From Squalus acanthias (lineage: Eukaryota): 64,000 nt of DNA. The DNA lies in the NCBI GenBank assembly GCA_030390025.1, contig CM059432.1, positions 76,014,001 through 76,078,000 on the forward strand, written 5' to 3'. This document shows positions 11,908-26,314 of the stretch, one piece after another. The notes under the pieces were generated by a model. That model was not told where the DNA came from. It made no database searches and was given only the letters and a program-made list of their open reading frames with translations. The position numbers and the translations under genes are program-made. Position 1 is the stretch's first letter. Each line of letters begins with the position of its first letter.

Positions 11908-14900
11908 ACATAACATAAGAACATAAGAAATAAGAGCAGGAGTAGGCCATACAGCCCCTCGAGCCTACTCCGCCATTCAATCAGATCATGGCTGATCATT
12001 CACCTCAACTCCACTTTCCCGCCCGATCTCCATATCCCTTGATTCCCCGAGAGTCCAAAAATCTATCTCTCTCAGCCTTGAATATACTCAAAGACTCAGC
12101 ATTCACAGCCCTCTGGGACAGAGAATTCCAAAGAGTCACAACCCTCTGAGTGAAGAAATTCCTCCTCATCTCAGTCTTAAATGGCCTACCCCTAATCCTG
12201 AGACTATGCCCCCTAGTTCTAGACACTCCAGCTAGGGAAAACAACATCTCAGCATCTACCTGTCAATCCCCTTCAGAATCTTGTATGTTTCAATGCGATC
12301 ACCTCTCATTCTTCTAAACTCCAGCGAGTATAGGCCTATTCTACACAATCTCTCATCATAGGACAGCCCTCTCATCCCAGGAATCAATCTAGTGAACCTT
12401 TGTTGCACCGCCTCGAAGGCAAGTAGATCCTTCCTTAGATAAGGAGACCAGAACTGTGCACAGTACTCCAGGTGTTGTCTCACCAAGGCTCTGTACAATT
12501 GTAGCAAGACTTCCTTACTCTTATACTCCAACCCCCTTGCAATAAAGGCCAACATACCATTTGCCTTCCTTATTGCTTGCTGTACCTGCATGCTAGCTTT
12601 CTGTGTTTCTTGCACGAGGATACCCAAATCTCTCTGAACACCAACATTTGAAAGTTTCTCACCATTTAAAAAATATTCTGTTTTTCTATTCTTCCTACCA
12701 AAGTGAATAACCTCACATTTCCTTACATTATACTCCATCTGCCACCTTACTGCCCACTCACTTAGTCTATCTATATCCCTTTGCAGACCCTTTGAGCTCG
12801 ATTTTGTCAATGGGGACGTGATGGAGGCGGGACTCCCACTTTTTGGGTTGTAGTCCCGCCTCCATCGATTTGTGGCCAACCCACGCTACTTGCCCTTGAT
12901 TGACCTTGTTAAGCCCGCCCAGTGGGCTCAGCAAGCCAATTAAGGGACACCTGGATACTGGTGACGTCAGCGATTGACATTTCATCTGTCAAGAGCTTTT
13001 GACAGATGAAATATCAGCGTTTGACAGCTCTGTGAAGCTGTCAAACACTGACAATCTGTCTTCTAACTTGAGTCCTTCTACTCAGACTCAGTTAGAGAGC
13101 TCTCCAGACCAGAAAGCAGAGGCTGCAGCTTTTGACAGCTTAGCGGCCATTCTGCTTTCTGTGCCGGTGAGCTGAGGGACTCCCGAGAACTGAAGGGAGG
13201 AAGCCTGGAGGAGAAAGTAAAGGTAAGTAAAACTTATTAAAACACTTTACACACACCAAATACACTTACCTCTGCACTCATGCACCCATCACTCACCTGT
13301 ACACCGGACATCTCGACCCCTCCAAGCCCTGCAGACCGACGGTCCGCCTCGCTAACTTGGCGTGGTTTGGAGCCGTCGGGCAGCCCACACTTCAGGGCTA
13401 AAAATAGGGATTAGCCAAAAAACTGCCTGTTAACTACCTGTTAACAGGCAGTTAATTGGCACTAATCCCCTTCCCGCCTCGGGGAGGCGGCTCCCAGCAC
13501 AGGTCGGGTACCCGCCTCCTGGGACATTGGCATGGAGGCGGGTTGGGGGCGGGACGGGTACGTGCCCCCCAAATCTGCAATTTTCCCACCACTCCCGCCT
13601 CCAAACCCGCCTCCACGGGGGCTTGGAAATTCGAGCCCTTTGTGTTCTCCTCACAGCTTACTGTCCCACCTAGCTTTGTATCATCAGCAAACTTGGATAC
13701 ATTACACCCAGGTCCCTTCATCTAGGTCATTAATATAGATTGTAAATAGCTGAGGCCCCAACACTGATCCTTGCAGCACCCCACTAGTTACAGTCTGCCA
13801 ACATGAAAAAGATCTGTTTATCCCTACTCTCTGTTTTCTGTCCGTTAACCAATCCTCTATCCATGCTACTATATTACCCCCAACCCATGAGCACTAATCT
13901 TGTGTACTAATCTGTTTTGTGGCACCTTATCGAATGCCTTTTGGAAATCCAAATATACTACATCTACTGGTTCCCCTTTATCTACCCTGCTAGTTACATC
14001 CTCAAAAAACTCTAATAAATTTGTCAAACACGATTTCCCTTTCATAAAACCATGTTGACTCTGCCTAATCATGTTATGATTTTCTAAGTGACTTGATACC
14101 ACTTCCTTAACAATGGATTCTAGCAATTTCCTGATGACTGATGTCAGGCTAACTGGCCTGTAGTTCCCTGATTTTTCTCTCGCTTCTTTCTTGAATAGCG
14201 GTGTTACATTTGTGACCTTCCAATCCGCTGGGACCATTCCAGAATCTAGGGAATTTTGGAAGATCAAAACCAATGCATCCACTATCTCTTCAGCCACCTC
14301 TTTTAGAACCCTGGGATGTAGGCCGTCAGGTCCAGAGGATTGGTCAGCTTTTAGTCCCATTAGTTTCTCTAGTACTTTTTCTCTACTTATATTAATTACG
14401 TTAAGTTCCTCACCCTCATTAGACCCTTGGTTCCCCACCTTTTTTGGTATGCTTTTTGTGTATTCTACTGTGAAGACAGATACAAAATATTTGTTTAACG
14501 TTTCTGCCATGTCCTTATTCCCCATAACAATTTCTCCTGTCTCAGCCTCTAAGGGACCAACGTTTACTTTTGCTACTCTTTTCCTTTTTACATACTTGTA
14601 GACACTCTTACTATCTGCTTTTATATTTCTTGCTAGTTTTCTCTCATATTCTATTTTTTCCCTTTTTATCAATTTTTTGGTCAACCTATGCTGGTTTCTG
14701 ATACTCTCCCAATCCTTAGGCTTACTATTATTCTTTCAATCTAATGCAATCCTTAACTTCTTTAGTTAGCTCCGGTTGGATCACTTTTCCCATGGAGTTT
14801 TTGTTTCTCAATGGAATGTATTTTCGTTGAGAATTATGAAATATTTCTTTAAATGCTAGCCACTGCTTATCTACCGCCATACCTTTTAATATATTTTTCC

Positions 14901-15808
14901 AATCTACCTTAGCCAACTCACCCCTCATACCTATGTAATTGGCTTTATTATTGAAGTTTAAGACTCTAGTTTCGAACTTAGGCAAGTCACTCTCAAAATT
15001 AATGTAAAATTCTATCATATTATGACCACTCTGCTCCAGAGGTTCCTTTACTATGAGATTGCTAATTAACCCTGTCTCATTACACAATACAAGATCTAAA
15101 ATAGCCTGTTCCCTGGTTGGTTCCATGACTTATTGTTCTAGGAAACTGTCCCAAATGCATTCCATGAACTCGTCCTCCAGACTACCTTTGCCAATTTGAT
15201 TTGTCCAGTCTATATGAAGATTAAAGTCCCCCAAGATTATTGCATTACCTTTGTTGCAAGCTCCTACTATTTCTTGATTAATATTCTGTCCAATAATATA
15301 ACTACTATTAGGGGGCCTATATACTACTCCTACCAGTGTTTTCTGACCCTTGTTATTGCTTATCTCCACCCATACAGATTCTACTTCCTGATCTTCTGAG
15401 CTGAGATCCCTTCTCTCTACTGTCCTTATGTCATCCTTTATTATCAGGGCTACTCCCCCTCCTTTTCCATTCTGCCTGTCTTTTCGAAACGTCAAGTACC
15501 CTGGAACATTTAGTTCCCAACCTTGGCCACCTTGCAACCAAGTCTTTGTAATGGCTATTAGATCAAGCCCATTTATTTCTATTTGTGCCACTAGTTCATC
15601 TATCTTGTTACGAATGCTTCGTGCATTCAGATAAAGAGCCTTTAATTTAAATTTTTTACCATTATTCCCTGCTTTGACTTTATTCTCTGCTGCACTGCTA
15701 CCGTTAAACTTTCTGTCCGTTCCTGTCACACTCTGCTTATTTTTACCCAAATCGCTACACTGCTCTCTTGTCTTGACCTTTCTCTTTAGATTTCTAAATT
15801 TCCCCTCA
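11908..15808 (-). mobile_element. CR1 LINE with near-complete but disrupted ORF2 (APE + RT), interrupted by a MITE
   Basis: Consecutive minus-strand ORFs from LYLNARSI through RT to the TTCTTATG tail. Confidence 0.92.
12794..13638. mobile_element. Harbinger-type MITE (845 bp), family shared with 38412-39233
   Basis: TIRs GAGCTCGATTTT / AAATTCGAGCCC; TTT duplicated on both sides; removing it restores the CR1 reading EENTKGLQRDID. Confidence 0.88.
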
Positions 15809-15914
15809 TACATTTTATTTTAAAATAATGCCAGTATAAAAGTGCTGCTGGTTGTATGGTAGCATCAGGAATGTGGAAGAAAAGTTAAAAGCCAATTATC
15901 CTACTCGCACCTTC

Positions 15915-16838
15915 CTCCATCCCTTGCAACCTCTACCACTAAGAACAATAACAGTAGTGTTGTGGGAACACCAGTACGTCCAACTTCCCTTCCAACAATG
16001 ACCATCCTGACTTAAATGAGAAGTCGCACAACACCAGGTTATAGTCCAACAGATTTATTTAAAATTACAAGCCTGGCTTAGACATATAAGAACATGAGAA
16101 ATAAGAGCAGGAGTAGGAGCCCCTCGAGCCTGCACCACCATTCAATAAGATCATGGCTGATCATCATCCTCAACTCCACTTTCCCACCTGATCTCCATAT
16201 TCCTTGATTCCCCTTGAGTCCAAAAATCTATCTATCTCAGCCTTGAATATACTCAAAGACTCAGCATTCACAGCCCTCCTCATCTCAGTCTTAAATGGCC
16301 TACCCCTTATCCTGAGACTATGCCCCTAGTTCTAGACACTCCAGCCAGGGGAAACAACCTCTCAGCATGTACCCTGTCAATCCCCTTCAGAATCTTGTAT
16401 GTTTCAATGAGATCACCTCTCATTCTTTTAAACTCCAGAGAGTATAGGCCCATTCTACACAATCTCTCATCATAGAACAGCCCTCTCATCCCAGGAATCA
16501 ATCTAGTGAACCTTCGTTGCACCGCCTCCAAGGCAAGTATATCGTTCCTTAGATAAGGAGACCAAAACTGTGCACAGTACTCCAGGTGTGGTCTCACCAA
16601 GGCCCTGTACAATTGTAGCAAGACTTCCTTACTCTTATACCACCATATATCACCATTCCTTCATCATCGCTTGGTCAATCTTCTGGAATTCCTTACTTAA
16701 CATGAATGTGGAAGCACCACCACCACAAGGACTTCACTGGTTCAAGGAGAAGGCCCATTGCCACCTTCTCAGGGTAACGAGGGATGGGCAATAAATGCCG
16801 CCTTGCCAGCATTGCCCACGTACCAAGAACAATTTTTT
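15915..16838. mobile_element. Nested fragments: 3' end of a LINE (+) interrupted by a Penelope end fragment (~16017-16075, -) and a CR1 3' fragment (~16086-16640, -)
   Basis: Similarity to 54665-54960, 20090-20133 and 11915-12520 within this window. Confidence 0.7.
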
Positions 16839-17439
16839 TTAAATCTGGGAAGCACTGCAGTACAGATTAGCCAAGGTCTCACGTAAAATTGTCCTTTGCC
16901 GCATACTACACAATTTCACACTTGGCAAAGGACTCCACGTTGATGTTTCAGAGGAGGAAGAGGAAGATAAGGAAGGGCAGATGTGTGAGCAGGCTGTTGA
17001 AGCCCTACTCCAGAAGCAGATCACCCAGGATAACCCATTGCCATCTGTCAGACATCTGCCTATACAGCTATTGAGGAAGAGTTTCACCTATAAAAGCTCC
17101 TTGCCCACTGTAGAATCAATTCTGCTATCATGATTCCCCTTTGGTTACATCAACTCAAGAATTTGCTGACATGTAGCTCTCTTCCACAATTACAAATGCT
17201 CTCATTTGAAAACACTCTGCTAATGTTTATCATAGACATTCCCTCACACTGGCTCAATTTGTTCTGCACATTGGAGTCAATGGAAATAAAAATCGGCAGA
17301 GATGTAAAATGGGTTGCCGATTCCCTATTACCCGTTTTACACTATTGCACAAAGTCAAAATGACCCCCATCCTCAGTGATAAACAAATTTTATGACAACA
17401 TTTCTGTGCGCCTTTCAACTATTTTATCCCACTGCCTCT

Positions 17440-18306
17440 ATTTGGGGCCTATATTGATGTGCCCCTTCAATCATAACCTCCTTGCCACAGTGGAATGTTG
17501 GAGGTGTTCAATGCGTCAGTCACCTGCTTTATGTTACTGTGGTAACCTGTGGTAACCTGAAAGGAGTCGGGGTGAAAAAAAAGTTCAAAGCTGCAGTGAT
17601 TTCCCAGGAGGTTGGACGCAGGTCAACTTTCAGCATGTGGCACAACTCTGTCACTGGCTCCCTGGTGAAGCGTGGTCTCTGCATGCTCTTCCAACAATCT
17701 CAGGAATGTTCACCTTGGCATGCATTTTAGTTAGTGGATAAGTGCAGTCCTCCTACTATCTGGTGTTCCTTTAACAGCATCCTCACACTATTCCTCCTCC
17801 TCTTCCTCCAAGTAAAGCCAAATAAAGAAGGATTCCCGTACGGTCACGCATAGGCTGGGAAGCTTTCAAAAGTGGCTACACTAAAATTGCTCCTGTAAAC
17901 TTCCCTTCACACCGAGTGCAAAAAAGTTGCAAAAAGTTATTGACAACACCAAAACAAAATGCTGTAAACATACCTGGTGATAACAGCATAGCCCTTTAAA
18001 TGCTTAGCACTTCAAGCAATTGCTTTATATCCATATACCCCAAGGTTTTTGGGTGTGATCAGGAGCTAGTGTAATACCAGTAGAAATACCACAAAATCAC
18101 ATTGACATCTACATGACATACCTTCCAGCTATTTCCATATCTTCATGTAGCTTCTGCCTATTTTGAATGGGAGTTTCTGCCACTCACCCCAAACACCAAT
18201 GAAAAATCTGATAGCATGCGGGCTGGATTTATCTCCATCCAATTTCCAGTACTGTGGCAGCTGTCTGCGGTGGTTTCTGGAGTGTAACGGAGAATAAAAT
18301 TGGCCC
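17440..18306 (-). mobile_element. Internally deleted, old Harbinger remnant
   Basis: Minus strand ~17570-17690 reads RFTREPVTELCHMLKVDL (transposase N-terminus); terminus AAAATTGGCCC at ~18306. Confidence 0.5.
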
Positions 18307-19692
18307 AGGTGTTTGTGCTTTGCATCTCTACGCTTGCGCTGCTCTCCTAAAGATAAGCACACAGCTGCTACATGCTCCGTGGTAGACTGCAGCATTTCCA
18401 GTCCCTCTCCCTCTCTCATTACTGCAGAGATATTGAGGCAGCATTTCTACAGAGCCTCCAACATTCCAAGCAGGGTGTTCTAAATATTATCAAAGGATTG
18501 CATGAAGCGCTTCTGCTTATTATTGAGTTTCCCTCTATAGGCAGCCCCCATAAAGTAAGAATCTGTGAACATTACAGGAGAAGAAAATTCTGGGCCTCAC
18601 CCTCCATTCAGATTGTTCTTATTCTTCTGCTGCCCCCTTCTCTTGCTCCTGCTCACTTGTGTTTTGTGCCTCTTAAGGTGCTTGCTCTTACTTGTGTATG
18701 ACTGATGCTTATGAAATGTTCAGCTTCTGGCTTATCTCTGGTGGCCGGTGTATCACCTTGGGAGGACATACATAAAACAAAAAGATAGTTCTCATGGTGT
18801 TTGCATGAAATGGTTGAGCATGCAGTACCAATGCCAATACATTAAAGAAGCCATCCCCTATGGACAAGCCCTGCGAATACACAGGATCTGCTCAGACGAG
18901 GAGGAACGCGATGGACACCTACGGACGCTGAAAGACGCCCTCGTAAGAACGGGATATAACGCTCGACTCGTCGATCGACAGTTCCGACGGGCCACAGCGA
19001 AAAATCGCATAGACCTCCTCAGAATACGAACACGGGACACAACCAACAGAGTACCCTACGTCGTCCAGTACTTCCCCGGAGCGGAGAAACTACGCCATGT
19101 TCTTCGCAGCCTTCAACATGTCATCGATGACGACGAACACCTCGCTAAGGCCATCCCCACGCCTCCACTATTCGCCTTCAAACAGCCGCCTAACCTCAAA
19201 AGTACCATCGTTCGCAGCAAATTACCCAGCTTTCAGGAGAACAGCGACCACGACACCACACAACCCTGCCATGGCAACCTCTGCAAGACATGCCAGATCA
19301 TCAACACAGATACCATCATCACACGAGAGGACACTACCCACCAGGTACATGGTACATACTCATGTGACTTGGCCAACGTTGTCTACCTCATACGTTGCAG
19401 GAAAGGATGCACCGGAGCATGGTACATCGGCGAGACCATGCAGACACTGCGACAACGTATGAACGGACACCACGCAACAATCGCCAGGCAGGAGTGTTAC
19501 CTCCCAGTCGGGGAACACTTCAGCAGTCAAGGACATTCAGCCTCCGATCTTCGGGTAAGCGTTCTCCAAGGTGGCCTTCAAGACACACGACAACGCAAAA
19601 TCATCGAGCAGAAACTGATAGCCAAGTTCCGCACCCATGAGGATGGCCTCAACCGGGATCTTGGGTTCATGTCACGCTACATGTAACCCCAC

Positions 19693-19723
19693 CTGACGTA
19701 GAGTCATCCAGACTCGAGTCGTC
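19693..19723 (+). ncRNA. Degenerate hammerhead-like motif just after the Penelope stop codon
   Basis: CTGACGT-A-GAGTC-ATCCA-GACTC-GAG-TCGT-C: stem II intact, core substituted. Confidence 0.4.
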
Positions 19724-20046
19724 GCTGGCTTGTTCTCTCTACACAGATGCGGCCTGCTGTAATTTCCAGCAAAAAAAGTTTTTAAAAAAGTTTTTGTTTT
19801 CCATACAGACTCCAGCAGCTGCTACATTTGACCCATTGTGACCCCACCTCATTGTCTTTGTTGTATTTTGCTATTGTCTTTGATGTAATGTCTTCCTGAC
19901 TGACCTGGTCGGACACCATCCACACCTTTGATTGCCGTGATTGTCTCTCTGCCGAGGTGTGATAAAGGGCAGTTGGAAAGATTAACTGTAATCATCTGGC
20001 AGTGTTCTCTGACTATTTATGCTGTGCCCATATGTATTTCTTCACT

Positions 20047-20084
20047 TCACCTGACGAAGGAGCAGCGCTCCAAAAGCTTGGTGA
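20047..20084 (+). ncRNA. Minimal type I hammerhead motif, core G-to-A mutated
   Basis: TCAC-CTGACGA-A-GGAGC-AGC-GCTCC-AAA-AGCT-T-(G)GTGA. Confidence 0.6.
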
Positions 20085-20934
20085 TTTCAAATAAAGCTGT
20101 TGGACTATAACCTGGTGTTGTGCAACTTCTCACTTTAATACATTGAATGACACACTGCTGCTGGTAGATGTGTTGTCATAGTGAGTGAATTTAAAGGAGG
20201 AGCAGGAAGTTAACGAAGACACTTGCCTTGTGGAGCTGCCAGCAAGCCATCAAATTCTTTCTGATCCATAACCTTTATTGCTTTGATTTGATTTTCATGC
20301 CAATTTGTTGATTGGTCAAGCTGCCATCAATTTGGTTTGTCTCTCTGTGGTTATATGAAACCTTCTTCTTTAAAAACAGACAAAGCATATGCTTTTAGCA
20401 TTTGAAGAACATCAAGTGGCATCCAAGTGCCCAGCCCAAATAGCACTTTATGTGCATGGATGACTAAACAGCATGCAAGTAGTTTCAGGTGGCATTTGAT
20501 TTGGTGGCACAAGATGCAATAGTTATACGTGATAATTGAAGCATTTTTAACTGCCAGCCACAAAGTTTAACCTGAAGCATTATGCACACTGAAGTGCAGA
20601 TATTAAAGATGAGAGAGGTTATGCCAATGCTCCCCATGCTCTGTCGCTGATATTGCACCACATTCAGGGCGCATTGCTTGTGTACTATGGATATAAACTT
20701 AACATAAATTGTCAAACTGTGGGCAGGCTTATCTTGGCAATCTTTTTCAGACCTAAGAATTTCTTCCTATTCTGTTTCCATGATCCGTTCACTTGATCAG
20801 CCATCTCCTGCCTTTCTTGCTTTATGCTGAGGCACACAGGAGGGTTAAATATAGTTGCCCTCTTCTGTTGCACCTCCTTGGTAGAACATCCAAACTGTTA
20901 TCGGGGACAGTTCAGTCCTGAGGCTTATATCCTC

Positions 20935-21407
20935 ATGCTCAGTAAACTTCAGCTCAAAACTGTGTTGCCCTTATACTGTCCTTGCTGACCTACATTGGCT
21001 CCCAGTCCTCAACCACCTCCAACTTAAAATTCTCATCCTCATGTTTAAATTCCTTCATGGCCTTACCCCTCCCCATCTCTGTAATCTTCTCCAGCCCTAC
21101 AACACTCCCAGAACTCTGACTCTCACCTCTTGTGCATCCCTCCCTTCACCCCACCATTGGCAACTGTGCCTTCAGCTGCCTAGGCCCCATGCTTTGGAAG
21201 TCCCTCCCTAAACCCCTCTCCCTCTCTCCTCCCTCTCTTTCTTTAAGACCCTCCTTAAAACCCACCTCTTTTACCAAGCTTTTGGTCACCCTTCCTAATA
21301 TCTCCTTCTTTGACTTGACATCCATTTTTGACTGATTATGCCTCTATGAAGTGCTTTGGGACATTTTCCTGTGTTAAAGGCGCTATACAAATTCAAGTTA
21401 TTGTTGA
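20935..21407 (+). mobile_element. L2 LINE 3' fragment
   Basis: Similar to 34250-34765 (LHWLP region and GGCGCTATA..AAGTT tail). Confidence 0.8.
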
Positions 21408-22439
21408 TGCTGTACTTAAATGCAGTCAAAGCAACCCGTTACACAAAAAAGGAGTAGCAGCCCATTAGGAGCACCTTGCCCCTGCCATTGATTGCACTCC
21501 ATGTGCCTGTGGAAATGTGCAAGGATCACACTCAAAATATTATAATGAGCTAACATCACTGAATCCAATAAGATCAACTCCCCTCTCTACGTTCATGTGA
21601 GTTTGTAGAAGTGAGGCGATTCTGGCTGCATTTTTACCAGGATCCCTGAATTGGCCCTGCTGTCTCACCAGCGAATAAATCCTGGGAGAAGTGAGGAAGA
21701 AGTTTGCTGGTGTCTGAAAAGTAGCCAAGGTAAGTGTACTCACACTTTATTTAATTTACAACGTTGCCTTACAATGTATCTTAACAGCATTCCGCTGTTT
21801 TTTGATTACGGAGGGGAAATGCACGGTAGTCTGGTGACTGCTTACCTGCTTCCCAAATGCATGCCGATATGTTAGCAGTACACTCTGTATCACTGCAATG
21901 TCAATGCACCTGCCATGGCCCATGAAATGTGACAAGAAATATACATGAAGAAAACATCCTATACAAGGTACCTGAATGTTTGCAGACTCTCATAAGGTGG
22001 CTAATAGCTGGAGTCCTCTTCTACCACTAATTGAGGTGGGATCTCTTCTTCTCCCTCTATTCCATGGTTATGGCCCTTTGTAGGACAAAAGTGTGTAAGA
22101 TGCATCACCATATTGCAATGGTCCTAGTTTCCTAAGCCAGCTTGTCCCACATGTTTCTGATCCTGGCCTCCCTCTTCCAGAAGCAGCAGATAGAGGAGGA
22201 TAACCAGCAGGATAACCATAGGCACCACCGCACCACATTATGCTGCATTACTTGCAACAGATGCACAGCTGAATTCAGGACTCAACCCCTGATAATACAG
22301 GTCGCCAGAGTCCATCACGCATCAGTGCTTTGGGTGCTAACCATCATATTATTGGCCCAGTAAGTTTGGCAAATCAGTGAAACCAATGTAGATAAATGTG
22401 CATTCATTGAGGACATAGTGAAGATTTAGGGGGAACTGT

Positions 22440-23981
22440 TCAAGGATGGATGAGATAGTTGGAGAAGGTCTCCTCAATGTGAAGCTGGAGAACTGTTCTT
22501 GTAGTTAGCAAAGGTTGTCCGTCAACCGCATCCAAACCTTGTTGATGTTCACTGCTGTCCTCTGGGTGGTTCATGTTGATTGTTCCTTGTACTGTGAAGT
22601 TGTGGAGCATGACAATGATGCATAAGACTTCAGCCAGGCTATATTGTACAACATCCCCAGATCTATTTAGACATCTGCATCTTTTCTTCACTATGCCTAA
22701 GGGCAGCTCAATAATGGCCCTCATAGAGGCATATACTTCATTATACCTGTGCTTGCCATAAAAATGCCATGCGATGTCAGGGCTGCAAATGTTAACCTTT
22801 GTTCCCAGGAATCAACTTTGCATTTTCCTTTCTGAGTCAATTAATGGGGGCATGGTGGATTGCCTTAAAATAATGACATGATGAGAGCTGCCTGAAAAAC
22901 AGGCATTGATGTACATGATCCTGTGCAGATGGTCAGAGACAAGCTGGATGTTGGAGTGGTAGCTCTTGCAGATCATGAGTAGACCATTATTTTATGCAGG
23001 AGCACATAGAGCAATCAATGATGTCCTAGTCTTTGGGAAATGCTGCCATTTGAAAAAAGCCCAAAGCACTCTCCTGTTGTTGCCAGAAGTCCATGGGTAA
23101 AGTAATGAAGTTGCTAGCTCTGCAAACAATGCCTAAGTCACCTGTATATGCAGACTGCAGGTCGAGTGATGATGCTGATGTCCCCAGTAGCAGTCTGAAA
23201 TGAGCCTGAGGCAAAAATATTTGCAGCTGATTTGGCCTTGACTGCCATTACAGTGCTGTGCCTGTCCTGAAGTTTGACTGCAGGTCAGTTTGCAGTACGC
23301 GACTCAACTCTGTTGTACGTCCCCTGGTGAATTATAGCCTCCACATACATTATTCCTCACACATGCCATTCGTAGTCTATATATATATGCGATTGGGAGG
23401 GTAATGGTGAGTGGGTGCAGTCACACTGTAATGTAATCTGATTGACCTGACAGCCCTTGATCCTCCTCTTTGTCTTCTTTCAAATAGCATAAATAAAGAG
23501 GAATTATCATAGAGATACACAATTCCCCAACGACTAGTTCATTAGAAGAAACAGGTACATTAAATTTGTGCTATAATCCCCTTGGCCACAAAATGGTACA
23601 GAACAGAAAACAACAGAAGTACAAAAAAGCAGTTTGAAAGCACACTTGAAACTTACGGGCAGTTCTTTAAACAACTTTGCATTGAAAGGTCCAGCCTAGA
23701 AATCCTGGCCACCCAATTTACCTTGGTGAAATGAAGAAGCAGTGTACTTCCAACATAAAGGTCAGAAAATGATTAATGTCTCAATAATGTCTCTGCATTA
23801 TCATATAAAAGTGAAACCACCACCTGTTTCTGGTGAAAGTTTTGTGCACTGTTCATTTTCACCGTTGGAAATTTGCATCATTTGAATTGTGGCCATCATG
23901 CATTATGATTTCCACCCACATTTCAGCTCTAATGCCACTATTCTGCACATTTATGGACTATCAGAGATGAAAATTGGGGCC
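22440..23981 (-). mobile_element. Old Harbinger H4: decayed transposase and right terminus
   Basis: RAIIE..GIVKKRCRCLNRSG..QYS..MLHN; FITLPMD..QQESALGF; terminus AAAATTGGGGCC; left end not resolved. Confidence 0.7.
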
Positions 23982-24458
23982 TTTCTCTATAGTAAACAAA
24001 ATAAGCAGTTAACTGTAGTTTTTCAATGAAACTTTTACTCAGAAAGGCTTCTTCAATAACATCTTCCAGCTTGTTTTCAAATCATTTGGAAAGACAAACT
24101 TCTATACTGTTGTGCATTGAACCAAAACATGCTTATAAATTTACACTGAGAAAAATAAATACATTGGCCGGAATTTTCTGTACCTGGGCGGGCTGGGTGC
24201 GGGCGGTCAGCGTGGCGGGTCGCGACCCCGTTGTTGCTTCCATCTCGCTGCAGAAATCAACTTTGTGCTAATGGGGCCTATTAAGCCCACCCTTCGTGTT
24301 ACTCGGCCCTTTTAAATGGTGTGGGTCTGATGACGTCATCCATGACATGCTTTCAGCCGGGATATTTAAAGGAGCCATGGCCACACTGCATTGAAGGTTC
24401 ATCTAGGAGTGTGCAGGTAGCACACTAGAGGTTTTCATTGCTCCAAACAGTTGGAGAG

Positions 24459-26314
24459 ATGGCTGCACAGAGGCAGAGGGCTGCACCCAGGTTCTTCGAT
24501 GACTCCCTCCATATGCTTGTGGAGGGAGTCAGAGCATGCCTCTTCAGAGCATGTCAGAGGTCCTCTTCCCTTCTAATGGGCGGAAGAAACCTCCCCAGGA
24601 GACAAAAAGAGCTTGGCTCCAAATTGCAGAGGAGGTCAACAGCAGGGATGTTGTGAGGAGGACCTGGGTGCAGTGCCGGAAATGTTTCAATGATCTCATT
24701 AGATCTGGAAAGGTGAGTACAAAGCCACACTCAACTTCATCCTGCTGTGCCTCTCATCACATCCCCATCACTCTGCCTTCCCAACCTTTCTCCTGCACAT
24801 CCTTACTCACACCAACATACCTTGCACGTCCACCCATCCCTCTCTATCTACATTATCACATCCCCATCTTACTAGCCACCCCTCACACTCAGCCTCACCC
24901 TAGTGCAATCATACCAACTAACAACACACAAGGAGGCCACTTGGCTTTGCCACCCCAATCCATCATAGTCTCCCTCTAAAGATGTAGTCCCATAGTCTCA
25001 CTCAACCTCTTCTTTCCCTCCTTGCAGAAGAAAGTGCACAATAAGAGGGAGAAGGAGAGAACCGGAGGTGGGCCTCCATCATTTGCCACCCTCACAACAG
25101 CAGAGGAGGCTGTGTTGGAAGTATCGGGAGTGGCCGAGCAGCTGGAGGTGGGAGACGGAGAGAGGGGGTCATCTCAGGAACCTGGTGACAGAATTAAACA
25201 TCATACAGCTACATGGCATACAGCAGTCACTCATATGGGGACTGATGTCATCAGCCACTGAATGGTCATCGTGTGCATAATGGTATCTGTACCCATTCTT
25301 CATATGGCATATCTAACTCATCTCTTTACTCTCCCACAGGTCCATCAAGAGCCACCCCTCCCCCCCCTACTGTCCAGGAGGAAGAGCAAGACGACTCCTC
25401 AGATGAGCCTCCAGCCTCTGAGGGCGCAGGTCACTAGACATGAGCGCACCCAGCACCAGTGCAGAGACACACACCTCGGTGGGTCCCATGCGAGATAGAG
25501 TAATGTTGTCACCGGGTCCATCACAAGTCACAGGTGAGCAAGAGCAGATGGTGGAGACAGGGACAGCAGTGGAGAATCCTCGCCAGAGGGCGCAGGGCGC
25601 TCCCAGCTCTGCTCAGCTGCATGCAGACGCTGAGTCTCAGGGGCCATCCAGAAAGAGGGCATTACTGGAGGTGCAGGAAGAAGTGCAGGAGGCTCTGACA
25701 AGTTTTGTGAGCGCGATGTCTGCAAATGTTCAGAGAATGGAGGAGTCCATCTCCAACATGAGCACCACCGTGTCGCAGGCGATGATGACTGTAGGCTCTT
25801 CCATGGATAGGATGGCCACCTGCATGGAGCAGCTAATGCAGCACTCAAAGGAGCACATGGTCTCTATGGAGAATAGATGGCTATCTATGGAGCATAGATG
25901 GCAGAGGCTCATAGACCTCCTCTCTAGGAGGGATGTCAGCGTAGATGTGGGTCCTCATGGCCCCACTGATGTGCAGCAAGGTGCTCTCCAGCTCCTTGCT
26001 AGCAGGGAAGTGTGGGTGGCCCATGAGAGGGATGACGATGAGAGGGGAGAGACAAGTTTTGGATCCTCTCAAAGCACTTACACTTCTCCCCCGTTGCCAC
26101 CCCTCGGACAGCGATGGCCGAGTCTACCCCTGCACAGTCTCAGGAGGGACAGACTTTGGCGGGGCCATCACAGACTCCAAAACCCAGAGGACGTCCGCCA
26201 AGAGTGTCTAAGCAGTCGCAGCAGGGAAGTGAGCAGGCTGCCTCTACCTCTGCTGAAGCCACAGGAGTAGCACCTCATAGAAGCACGCGGAAGAGAAAGA
26301 TGACACATAAGTAG
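24459..26314 (+). pseudogene. H2 Myb/SANT partner, three exons (~24459-24712, 25028-25184, 25340-26314), frameshifted
   Basis: RAAPRFFDDSL..W.QIAEEVNS..RTWVQCRKCFNDL; KKVHNKREKERTGGGP; C-terminal PRGRPP and RSTRKRK. Confidence 0.85.

Larger units (their letters stand above)
18844..20136 (+). mobile_element. 5'-truncated Penelope-like retroelement (RT thumb, GIY-YIG endonuclease, pseudo-LTR)
   Basis: Open frame to 19686 with IPYGQALRIHRICS, C-x4-C-x2-C linker, VVYLIRC...YIGET...RMNGH, E...GLN; flanked by AATACATT at 18836-18843 and 20137-20144. Confidence 0.9.

Noticed and set aside
13264..13271. Recursive splice sites at minus-strand AGGTAAGT motifs
   Set aside because: At the site examined there is no polypyrimidine tract upstream of the AG on the TTPA strand
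18748..18843. N-terminus of the 312-aa ORF as a host-Penelope fusion gene
   Set aside because: GTG start in flanking DNA outside the target duplication; chance read-through into a truncated element
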